A DNA stretch of 55,415 nt, the filler included, from Streblomastix strix (taxonomy: Eukaryota), in the NCBI GenBank assembly GCA_008636045.1. It is 3 parts of 3 records of this genome, joined end to end, with 100 filler letters (N's around TTAATTAATTAA, not from the genome) between each part and the next. Parts side by side here need not be neighbours in the genome. Positions count along the whole stretch, not along the records: positions 37,031 to 55,415 come from SNRW01000609.1; 2 more parts are not named here. One strand, written 5' to 3'. The notes under the pieces were generated by a model, which did no database searches, was not told where the DNA came from, and was given only the letters and a program-made list of their open reading frames with translations. This document shows, one piece after another, positions 40,460 through 55,415 of the stretch. The number at the start of each line of letters is the position of its first letter. Position 1 is the first letter of the stretch. Both the position numbers and the translations under genes were made by a program.

Positions 40460-42995
40460 TATATAATAATAATAAATAAATAAATTATTATTAATAATAA
40501 TAATATTAATAATAATAATAATCAAACTTAACAGTCTATATATATCCTCCTCCTTTCATTCTTTCTATTATATCTATATCATCAATATGAAATTCTACTT
40601 CTACTTCTCCACCCCCCAATTAATCATCTATCTTATTTCCTTATATATTAATATTAGATTATTCATTCATTTATTATCTGTTAATTGTATCATTATCCAA
40701 AGTATTCTGATTGTTTGATGCTCCAGAAGTTGAATATCTCCAGACCCATATTCTTTCATCAGATGATAAAATAACATGAGTTCCATTCATTGCTATAAAT
40801 CTTGGTTCAAAATCAACTTATTTAGATACAAGAGTGGATCCTATATTATTGCATAATATGGCATTGCATAACTAATTTCCTATTTTATTTTAGTTTCCTT
40901 ATTTATTATTTAATATTCCTAATGCACCACCTTTTCTCAATGTTTATTTTGATGCTTATAATAATCCAATTTCAATATTTTCATTTTCCTAATTAGTTAG
41001 TTTTTATAATTCAGATCCAATATTTTATCCTTAATTTATGTTAATGACTTAATCATATGATGCATTAGAGTTATCATCTTCTTCAGATCTACATACAATA
41101 CATGATACATTATTAAATGAAGATAGTACTAATGGAGATGAAATTGGTTTCAAAAATGTATTACTATTTATTGTATTAAAGAATGTTGCATAATATTTAT
41201 TCATTTCTTCAGGAGATGTATATGTATATAAAAGAGTATCTGAGAAATAACTGTTGAATGTATAATATATTAAATTAAAATATCAAATAACAATAATAAG
41301 TAAAATAATAATAATAATTTAAACCTCCACATGTGTCTCATTTTAACAACACCAAAGAATATACTACTATCAACAACAATAGCTATTCTATGACAACCTT
41401 ATTCCCAAGCTATATCAAATGCCAATGATTTTGTAATTCCCTTTCCACCAGATGCTCCTTATTAAGAGATACCAGGAACATCAAGGCTGAATAAAAGCTA
41501 ATATATTTATGAGTAGATAAATATAGTGAACATATAAAATAATAAGTAATTACAAACCACTCCAGAGCAATTATAGAATTGAACGACATATGCGAATTTG
41601 CCCTTCTTCTTTAATCCACTTTATTTATCATCATCATCTTCTTCTTCATCATCATCTTCATCTTCATCATCATCTTCATCACCATATAAACCTTTTTGAT
41701 TGTTCTTTATTTATTGTGATCCTTATTCAATACCAGATATTGACTTCCTTCCTGCAACTGCGAGAATATTGCCCCTACTATTCCATTTAACTTCGCATAT
41801 CTTAGTATTATACAAAAATATATTATTGTATTGTATAATATTATATAATAAAATGAATAATTTAAAAGAAAATTTTATATAAAACAATTTCTACAATAAA
41901 TAAATTCAAACATCGATATCTGTATTTAATACTATTGTCTATTCATTATCATAGAAATTACACATCTAAGCTCTTCCATTATCAAATCCAATAGCGAGAG
42001 TAATACCATTCTTATTCCAACATCCTTCTGCTACATCATACCAATCTAGACAAATAGCTTTTGCATTTGGTGTATCTTATATTGCTGGTGTTTATAGACT
42101 CCTCTATTATATACGATATATGTATTAATATATAATAATATTAATAAGATAGTCATATAATATATAATATAATATATTTATATTTATATTAATAATAATA
42201 TTGTCATACAATATATGTATTTCTCTCATATACTCTGATATCTCCTTTATCCTTATCAATGAATAGAAGATACTTCCCTTCTGGTGACCATGCAATTCTA
42301 TGTATGTGAAATCCAAGATCTGCTCCCCATAATCTCTTTCCACCTACAGTTCCCACAAGAACATTCTCTATTTGTATATATATAAATATGAGTTTTATAA
42401 ACAAATAAGAAATATTATATTATTAATGCTAACTATCATCATAAGCTATGCAAATGCATTCTCCATCACTTGACCATTTAACATCAGCAATGCTTGCTTA
42501 TCCTCTGAATAAGACAATAACAAAAGTTGTAATTAATTTCATTATATAATTAGATAAATAAAAACATGCTTAGCATTATTCATCTCTTCTGTCCAATGCC
42601 CATCTGCATATTGCCAAACTACCACAGTACCTCCTTCATCACCTGATGCTAGCCGTCTGTGGCGCTCATTCCAGGCAACACGGAGTATCTTTTCTGAATA
42701 AAAAATCAAAATTTGATTTTCTAAAATTTAATTTTACAAACTTTTGTGCTTTTCAAGGGGAAAAATGGACTTCATCCCCTTCCCAGCGGCAACATCATTA
42801 TCCATTTTCAGTATCTTAAGCAAGCCATTTGCACCACCGACAGCAACATCACCGTGCTCGCTGCTCCAAGCAATCGAATACAGTGGAATGCTGTCTGGAA
42901 TTTCAATCTAAAAATAAAACGGTAAAATACTGTAAAAATGAATTAAAAATCCAAACCTTTTTGTGAAGAAAGACGAAAATTGATCCCACAGACAT
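37268..42995 (-). CDS. WDR35: WD repeat protein 35 / IFT121 (IFT-A), multi-exon, 3' end lost in the gap
   Basis: MSVGSIFVFFHKK/IEIP..LYSIAW...GGANGLLKILK, VAWNERHRRLASGDEGG, WTEEMNN, VGTVGGKRLWG, GCWDAKFS, KSLRNT, HPHHRLCEMLAEAAL, NPLRTKKIYVLAGLE, WRGAEAWHFFILAHK, LSLKIFT. Contains long acidic and low-complexity insertions. Confidence 0.95.
40379..40458. repeat. (AAT)n microsatellite in a WDR35 intron
   Basis: About 26 uninterrupted AAT units. Confidence 0.9.
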
Positions 42996-43676
42996 TCTAA
43001 ACTAGTAAATAGATAAAAATGGTTAAATATTTTGAGTTTTATTTTTTTTTTTTCGTTTTTGCATGATCATTTTAATAAAATTTTATTTAAATTAAATTAA
43101 ATTTAAATAATGAATAAAATAATCATTACGTATATGGATTTGGCGTCCTTATAAAGAAAAACCTTTTCCGAGCCAAGCTTTGGCTCTTATATTTTTTCAA
43201 AAAAAAATTTAAAAAAAATATTTTTTAAGCATTAAATTTAATAACTTTATTATTGTCTTTTAAAATAAAATAAAAAATTTAATTATTATATAAAAATGCA
43301 AAAATTAAAATTTTCAAAAACCCTGCTTTTATAAGAAAGTTACTTATTTCAAAGGCTTCTAGCAAATTTCATTTGAAATACTTAATTATAAAATTTTTAA
43401 TTATTCATTTTATGCTCTTTTTATCTGTATTATATACAAATGAATCTGAATAATAAATTAGATGCTAAATCTGCACAAATCAAATAAAACACAAAATTTA
43501 AGCATTTCCAAAAATTATTATTAGTTGTATATATCTTTCTTTTAAATAAATTATTATTTTGATATTAATTATTTTATTATCAATATACATTTTTCAATCG
43601 AACCAGACAAAAATTTGATTTTTATTTCATATTAATAATTTATTTATTGCTTCATGGAACAAATTTCAATAAAGAA

Positions 43677-44707
43677 ATGAACTCAGATTTGTTGACTTTT
43701 TCATAATTCAAACTTGAGCGCATACTCAATCTCTCTGAAGAGCATAAAGGTGCAGTTTGTTTAGCATCAGCAAGTAGTGGTCAAAAAGCACTTATTTTCA
43801 TATCAAAAGCTGCATTCAAAGAAGAAACAATACAGCAATTATTTCAAGGTTATAAATTAAGATTAATATTTATACTTGTTATTAATTATCGTATATTTAT
43901 ACATATCATATTATCCTAGAAGGAGAGATCGTTAAATTACATGAAGTTTTGTAACATAATGATAAATTTTTCAATTTTCTTGCTTAATGTGCACCTGAAT
44001 TTAATCCGCTTTTCATTAAATTTATTTTTCCTGCAACATAAGCGGATATTTAGAAGGTATTGACTAACTACTTTTACTATATCTAATACTTTATTTGTAT
44101 TATAATGATTTAGTATACTCCTGTTGCTTCAATTGTAATAAGGGAAACTCCTGATATTTATACTAACTTTACATATCCATTTATTAAATCTCGTTCTACA
44201 GAAGAGTTAATATGGCTCTGGAATATTCTTGATGGAAACGCAGAATAAGACCGAATTCTTGATAGAGAATCTGATGGATAAAATGGGTTTGTAATTATAC
44301 CAGATATTAAATGGGATGAGCAAAATATGGATGGATTATATGTCCTTGGTATAGTTGAAAGAAGAGATCTCCAGACATTAAGGGATTTGTGTGCAGAGGA
44401 TATACCTCTTCTATAAAACATGATGGAACGAGGATTATCTGCCATTGAAAAACATTACTCAGTCAGTAGATCACATATATTATGTTACATCCATTATATT
44501 CCGTCATTCATGCAACTTCATATCCATTTAGTTGGAACAGGAAGACGGGATTTTTTAGCACCCCGCTCGATCCTTGTAGATGACATTATCGAAAACTTAA
44601 AACGAGATTCCAGTTTTTATAAAGATAGAGCTATTATGAATCTTGTTTTACCTGAAAATCATATGATTGTCACCCAGCTAGATCAGAAGCAACATGAAAA
44701 GATTTGA
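43677..44707 (+). CDS. DCPS: m7GpppX scavenger decapping enzyme (HIT family); 3 exons
   Basis: LIFPATQADIQK, IRETPDIY, WLWNILDGNAEQDRI, GFVIIPDIKWD, TLRDL, YIHYIPSFMQLHIH, SILVDDIIENL. TGA at 44705-44707. Confidence 0.93.
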
Positions 44708-45134
44708 GTTTACCATATTTTTTATCCTTTTCTAAATTATTCATTGATTGATTTTAAATCAGTGAATATAAAAAAGAAATACAAAATCCATAAAAAAGAA
44801 TTTAACATCGTGTTAAAATTTTTAATTTCGTTGAGAATCAGTAACTATAATTATTTATTTTATTATTGTTTATAATCAATGTGATGTGCACTATATTAAT
44901 CGTGCAGAAAGAAATATTTGAAAAAACGTTATTTCCAGCTCTTATGCATTTTATTTTGAAAATAATGTTTTAATATCTATCAATGCAATAAATATCTAAC
45001 ACAATTTTAAAATAAGTTTGATTAATTTCCCTGCCCGAAATGCAATCAAGTTAAAATGTTTTTTACAGCTTTGTTTAGGGAATTAAAGCCTTAAATTATA
45101 ATTACAATTCATATTTTTTTTATACTGCAGTCAA

Positions 45135-48323
<3,189 letters not shown>

Positions 48324-48374
48324 ATAATAAGAATTTCATACGTTCTTATTCATTTCAATAAAATTTTATACTAA

Positions 48375-48489
48375 AAATAATCATTCTATTTTCAAATCAT
48401 AAATCTCAAAATATTTGCATTGACTGAGTTTGATTTTATGACTTTGATAATAATGAATTTTATTTAATTTTATTATATATAAAAATAAA
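48375..48489 (+). repeat. Direct repeat (>=115 bp), copy 1
   Basis: Identical to 55301-55415. Confidence 0.93.
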
Positions 48490-49066
48490 GCATAAAAATC
48501 AATGAAATTTTAAATGATTTTAAGCAGCTTTGAGAAAATTCCATAATCGATTGAATTGTGCTGAATATTGTCCTCGTTTTTGTTGCTATTCTAATAGATG
48601 GCATTACACAATAAATTATATGCATATATTTTCTAAACTCGAGCTTCGTTTTGATTTGTCGCGTGTTTGACAAATAATTTATCGAACTTTGTTGCTTGAC
48701 GCTTGCTATATTATTTGAACATAACTTACTTTGCAAATTTTACTTCAATATAATTATTATTATTTCTCTTAACATCATCATAATTCCAGCCACAACTTAC
48801 ATCGTGTAAAAATCTAATTTTAATGTTTTAATGCTTATTCTAATTTTACTCGTTCAACTTAATTAATTATTATTTTAATTAAAAATTTTTGATTATAAAC
48901 ATATTTAATAATTAATATTTATTACATACCCACATTAACATTCACCCAAAATATTTTTACAAGTTATTATTTAATCCAATTTTGAAATTTTAATTTAATC
49001 CATTGATATTTTAGAAGCTAAGCAATTTTTATTTTATTTTATCATATAGATATTAATTCATACCAA

Positions 49067-52000
49067 ATGGAAATTTTAAGACAAAACAAAGCGCTTCTTT
49101 CTGTTTGTTATATTATTGCTGGAGAAAGATATGGTTAATCATTACCCAATCGCTCTAGCTTTATAAACATCGGATTCCGTAATTCTTGGTGCGGTGAGCC
49201 TGAATAACTAGTTGATTTGCTCTCTAAACACTACGACATATCCCCCGAGGATAAAAATGACTTTTTGTTGTTAGCAGGAATAACTTTGGCCAACCGTGCT
49301 CATAGTTTGGACAACTTCCATTCTCACATTGAATCAGCTTTGAAAAATGCAGATAAAAATAAAGATTCACATGCAAGTCCATGAATGGTTACAATGATTT
49401 GATCTTTATTTGAATCATTAGATGAACTATTAGAGGAATTAGAGATATCACAGGATATTAGAGAAGATTTGATAATAAAATTGGACAATCTCAAAGTTAA
49501 ATACTATTCAGAATGGCAGGATGTACAAAAAGAATAAAAACAACAGAAATTACATCCATTGAATCCAATTCTATCAAAATTCTCTTCAAGGACATCATTT
49601 GATTCATTAGCCACATCTGAATCATCTCTATAATAATAAGAATAATGCACTAAAGAAGATCCTTGCATTAATTGCAATGCCATATTTGCTCTGTTGAGTG
49701 AATGCTCTAAATAATCAATTGAATTATTCCTTTTCTTTTGTTTTCCATCAATAACTGGAATAAGTAGATTGCATAAATATCTGAAGAAAGAATAAATTAG
49801 TAAAATAAAGAGTGAATAAAAAGAAGTTGATATAATACATGAAATGGAGCAGGATATTCTTTCATTACTCTTTAATTGGCATTTTGCATTATCTTTAGTT
49901 TGGCAGCAAAAATAATTGAAATTATTCTAAAGAAATAAAGAAAAAGAATAAGATCGTAATGGAATATCAAAATAGTATACTGAACAGAAGGACTATGATG
50001 ATATAACACATATAAACTTCCCAAGACCATTAGGAATACTAGAATAAGCATCATTATGCATGAAACTACTTTAGAATGGAATGTTTAAATGTGCTCTTTC
50101 ATTAATATTCCTTGGAGAAGGGATTGCAACTCCAAAAAATAGAGAAAGTTATTTCCCTTATAAATAAGCTAATAGTTATAATGATGAAGATAATTAGAAT
50201 GAAACAAATTCAATATATATATTCATTAATCCACATATACTGGGGCATCTACTTGGTTTTGCAATCAGATCAATCAAGATAAGAGATGCAGCTATAATGC
50301 CAGCAACGAGTACAATTAAGGACATTGATGGAACAGGAGCTGGAAGTGGAGGATTGAATAAAGATGGCTATCTATTGAAGAAGACTAACAAGAAGAAAGA
50401 GGAACAGAGTCCAAATAAGAAGTAGGATAATGAAAAAGATGCTTAAGATGACTTATAAGATAATTAATAAGACTCTAATGATATAAAGAATGATAAAGAT
50501 AATAAGGACAATGATAATGGGAATGAATATTAAAGAGATAATATTAATACTCCATCTGAATTATCAGAAGACATTGAATCCAAATCATCCAGAAGACATC
50601 CATATGTTGTTGGAGGAACAGATGCTGCAAGATCTTTAGCATCTCCTTTCTCTCGTCTACCAGATAGTGTCCTAGTTCGTATTTTGGCATTGGCTTGTGG
50701 TCCAGGGAAAAGAAGACCAACTTAAATCACTGATAAATAGAATATTAAACATTCAGATGAAAATGATTAAAATAAGGATGATGAATAAATTAAGGAACTT
50801 TATGGAAGTGCAGCTAAAAAATAAGATTATTTCTTCTTAGATTTAAAGTCAAGATATGAATATGCATGTAATACTATTCAACAAGTTGATCAAAAAGATA
50901 GAAATGATAAATAAATAGATAATATAATTTCAGATAATGAAGATAAACAATAAGGGAAAATATTAATAGGAAATAAGATTGAGTAAGAATAAAGTTAAAT
51001 TAAAAATTAATCCGAGAATAAAAAACATCTATTTAATTATCCTGGACGTAATTTCATGAGTCCGCTTTAATAGATGTCAACCCTACAAACATTAACATCA
51101 TAAATACAAGATGATGATGAAGATATTGATGATGGAGGCATTCATGCTGCTCATATATTGAAGTAAGTGTGTTCAAGATGGCATTCACTTATGCCATTAG
51201 CATTATATAATTCGTATTAGCATACACATCCTCATGCAGATAATGTTATTCATAATGCATAGATGAATATAAGACCAAATCCAATGCTTGTTGTTTTGGG
51301 AGGAGTATTATTTCATGTATCAATATCTCTGATGTTAACAAATGCAGTTATGAAATAAAGAAAAGAAACATTGAAAGATAAAAAGATTGAATAAGTTAAT
51401 TAGAATATGAATGTGAATATGAATATTAGTAATAATGTTTAATATGAATCAGTTATTGATTCTCTTCTTGTTCCTCCAATTCCAATAAGCCCAAAATATG
51501 CATTAGTAACTTCAGTAAGAAGAAGAGCGCTTCTGATGCTACTCTTTAGAAGATATGCTGGTTTCATTCTTTCTTAAGTATTTGAGAAGCTTAATCGAAT
51601 TTCTTCTGTTCGTATGCTTCCAAGAGCACCAATTACTGTTCAAGTTGGTGGATAATAGAAATTATAATAAGATGAACTAAACTCTTAATCAAATAAAGAA
51701 AATTTCTTCACTTCTCCTTCACCAGATATTGTAATTAAAGAGACTGATGTTAATAATGATAATAAAGATAGAAGTAATAAGAATAATACTACTGATAACG
51801 AACATAATAATAATATGGATTAAAATCCCAAGTTAGATACTGTGATGACTCCCAAATAATAAAATAGAATAATATAACAAAAATAAATTTAAATTTAATC
51901 TCCTTAAGTAAAATAAAAGAAAATTAAAAATACCTAATCTTTATAATAAGGATTAAAATTAAATAAATACAATTCAATGTAAAAAGTGCCATATTCGCTT

Positions 52001-55000
52001 AGTTTTGCTACATTTATTGCAGAAGATGGAAAAACTTATTCATCTTAAACACCAAATATGTTAAATCTTAAAAATTCACTAAAAAGAAGAAATACATCTA
52101 GTAGTATTAATCAATTAAGTAGCGTTAATCAATAATAATAATAATAACAACAACAACAATAATAATAATAATAATAAATGTAACAATAGTAGAAAGAACA
52201 AAGAGGAATTAGTGTTGGAAGAGGATTCCTATAAAGATAATTAGACATTAATACTTAAATATTAAATAGAGATAAAATAAGAAGCTCAAGTGCAAGTAAG
52301 TATAATATAAGAGTGAGAGATAATTAAGAATAAGAAGCAAATTAAACAGCAAAAGCGATAATGTTTGATCCAGTAACACCAACATAAGCAGTTACTGTCT
52401 AATATGGGTAAGTGAATGAAGGACAGGAGAATATTAATATAAGAGACGAGTAAATAAAAGAGAATAAAACTGATAAAAGTGGATCAAGTTGGGAAGAGGA
52501 TGAAGATTAAGATAATTAAGATAATTAAGATAATAGTAATAATAATAGAAGAATAAAAGATGATGAAGGAAGTACATCAGGAAGTATCAGTACATCTGAT
52601 TCTGACAAATCAAATAAAAAAGGAAGATTAATGAAAGAAGGTGAAGAATAGAACTAAAATAAAGAAAGATAGAATATGAAGAAGAATAAGAAGAAGAAAT
52701 GGAATAAAAAGAAGAAATTAAAAAGTTAAGGAAGTCAGAGTTCGTAAGAATCAGTTTCATCAAACAATTCATAGTCACATTCACAACACTCACAACAATC
52801 AGGAGCTAACTCAATTAAATCTCACAAGTCAACTTCTCAATAAACAACTCCACAATTATTATAATAATAGCATCATTTAATACCAGTTCTAATTAATAAC
52901 ACTCCCCCTTCTCCACTTTATGCATTAAATATATCTCCTCCTTCTAATACATATATTAATTAGAAATAGTAATAATAGTAATAGTAATAATTGTTTGAAT
53001 TGTAACAATCACAACAATTGTAATCTCCTTAAAGGAAGAATCCCCTTAGATCTGCACTCACATCTGCTTCTCCTATTAAAAGCTCCTTATTAAGCAACTC
53101 AGTAGAATCAGCAAGATTAGCATTTGATGGAATAGGAATAACTGTTTCATCTGGGAGCATAAGTGCAATTGCTCATTCATCCCTTCCTTCTGATATATCA
53201 GTGCCTTTATCTCCAGATAATGATACTGAGTTGGTCTAATCTCAGGATGTAGACTAATCTGAATACTTCAAGTAACCTTTGGTTGTCCCACCTACTTAAC
53301 AATAATATAATTTAAATTAAGATACAAATGTTATTTAATAGAGTTAGAATACAAATGTATTCATTAGTAACATTTGGAAAGAAGAAGATATCAATTTTTC
53401 CATAAATAAGAAATAAAATAATGAAAAAGAGAAATAAACATTACAATCTATTTCAAATATATATCATATTGAAGGGTAAAATAATAAAGATTAAATATTA
53501 GAAAAGAAATCAATGTAATAAGGAAATACTAATAATTCTTTCTCATCTCCATTTAGTGATGTTCCTCATATATAAATAACTGATGCTCAGATAGAGAATT
53601 AAAATAAGACACAAAATCAAACAAAAATGTAAAGACAAACAAATAAATCTAAAATGGAATCTTCAAAACCATCTTCTTTATCAAATGATCAGAATTTGTC
53701 AGTTTTAGATATAGCTTAGAATATACCAAAAGCAAAAGCTACATTTAAACTCAGAACATCAAATTCCACTCATTCTGATTTAGCAGATATGGATTCATTA
53801 TCAGAAACACATGATATTAACAGATATGATGGAACACAACATCCCAACTAAACTACTATGCCATTTGCTCATTCATTCTGTGTTGCTACATTATAAGAAA
53901 GATAAAGACTAAATGGTTCTTTGGAAGATAACACAAGTAAAATAAACACTGAGAAGATTGGACATACAAAATAGCAATCTACTGTTAAACCGTTAATAAA
54001 CAAAGTCTAGATAAATAAATAAGAAGAATTAAGATAAGCATTGAAGACTAAACTTCATAAAACACATAACAAGGATTAAATATATGAATCAGGATCTAAA
54101 ACACTTCAAAGAGGTTAGTCTTACAAGAAATAAGAATAATCGTAGCTTGAAATTGGATTGCAGCAAAGATTCACATTTTAGATTGGGCACATTGGAGGAG
54201 GGGATTCAGATACAAACACGACAACACGAAGCCACAGATGGACGGAGAGAAAACCAACTCCTCAAAATGACTCAATTAATCCAATTTAATCCAATTCAAT
54301 ACCTGATAAGTAATAGGATGGTAATATTTAGAATGCTTAAAATAATTAAACATACTTTGGTTTTAGTTTGGGAAGGTTTGGAACAACTAGAGATAATGTA
54401 GGTGCTTATAACTCAAAGGGTATGTCATTCAGATAATAAAAGACTCTTAGAAAAGAAATTGAGAAAGAGAAAGAAAAAGAATTATAGAAGGAGCGTGAAA
54501 TTGAGAAATAGAAGCGTAAATAACTTTTATAGTTTTTAGAGACAGAAAGAGATAAAAATACAACTGTATCTTCTGATTCCAAATCCAAAAAAGAATCTCC
54601 AGTTGTATAATATAATATTGAAGAGTAACTTGATTAGATGGATCAATTAGAAAGTGACAATAATAAAGAGGATGAGAATAGATTTGAAGAAGAAGATGAA
54701 TAAAATTAAGCAAAGGTGAAAGAAGAAGAATTGTTTGAGAAGGGACTTGAAGAAGACATGGATGAAGCTAATCCTGATGGTCTGTTATCTGCTACAAGAG
54801 TAGAATCAGGTGCAAGAGTTCTGTCTGAAGAAGAAGAACAACTGATTATGAAAGAAAATGAGAATATGTCCCTAATTAATAATAGTTAATAGGATGAAGA
54901 TTAATCCTCATCATCTTCTGATGGCATTGATGAAATGGTAGATTCAGATGGAGATGTATCTAAGAGCGATGATGATGATAGCGATTCTGAATCAAGTAGC

Positions 55001-55288
55001 TCTGATGAGGAAAGTGGAGGTTCTGAGAGAACTGGATAAACTACTCTTCCTGCTGTAATGACTCCTTTTTTAGCTGAAGACCCTGTTGCATTTTTAAGGT
55101 TAGTTTTCCCATAGGTTTATACAGAATTGACCTTATTACTTCAGTTTGCTGATAATGTTAGGGCTGAAATTGAGGAAACTCGTCTTCGCGTTGAAATAAG
55201 ACATCGGTTGAAGATTAAAGCAGAAGCAAAAAGAAGAAAAAAAGCGAAAAATTCAAAGTTATCGACTCCAAGAAAATCAAACATGTGA
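49067..55288 (+). CDS. Very large (~2,050 aa) low-complexity protein with a split F-box-like motif
   Basis: One frame from ATG 49067 to TGA 55286-55288, interrupted only by a probable 45-nt GT-AG intron (49377-49421). FSRLPDSVLVRIL at ~50648 and LKQVCSRWHSL at ~51158. Confidence 0.8.
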
Positions 55289-55300
55289 AATTTTTCAAAT

Positions 55301-55415
55301 AAATAATCATTCTATTTTCAAATCATAAATCTCAAAATATTTGCATTGACTGAGTTTGATTTTATGACTTTGATAATAATGAATTTTATTTAATTTTATT
55401 ATATATAAAAATAAA
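55301..55415 (+). repeat. Direct repeat (>=115 bp), copy 2, running to the window end
   Basis: Identical to 48375-48489. Confidence 0.93.

Noticed and set aside
48473..48736. 87-aa minus-strand ORF between the kinase and the giant gene
   Set aside because: Non-ATG start, no motif, and no coherent gene model in code 6.

Overview
Very AT-rich eukaryotic genomic scaffold with short spliceosomal introns. It is read in a non-standard code in which TAA/TAG = Gln and only TGA stops (translation table 6), so the supplied ORF track is largely uninformative. This combination fits an oxymonad such as Streblomastix; a ciliate cannot be excluded from sequence alone. Host genes in order: fidgetin-like AAA ATPase, primase large subunit, Hook-like dynein adaptor, a coiled-coil protein, a C-terminally truncated CNOT11, a PHD+TFIIS-M protein, COMMD4, WDR35/IFT121, DcpS, an FHA-kinase (Chk2-like) and a ~2,000-aa protein with a split F-box-like motif. 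The central contig (18.5-36.9 kb) carries an intronless, decaying mobile-DNA island adapted to the host code. It holds a ~9.3 kb capsid-less Polinton-like cassette (AEP primase-SF3 helicase, protein-primed PolB with an OTU-like protease motif, two small ORFs, and an rve integrase with an apparent D-D35-D triad). Facing it is a stand-alone paralogous primase-helicase unit flanked by short GGAC/TGGCA motif clusters. Three N gaps are present, and exact 127-bp end overlaps mark assembly boundaries. All translations and coordinates were read by eye.
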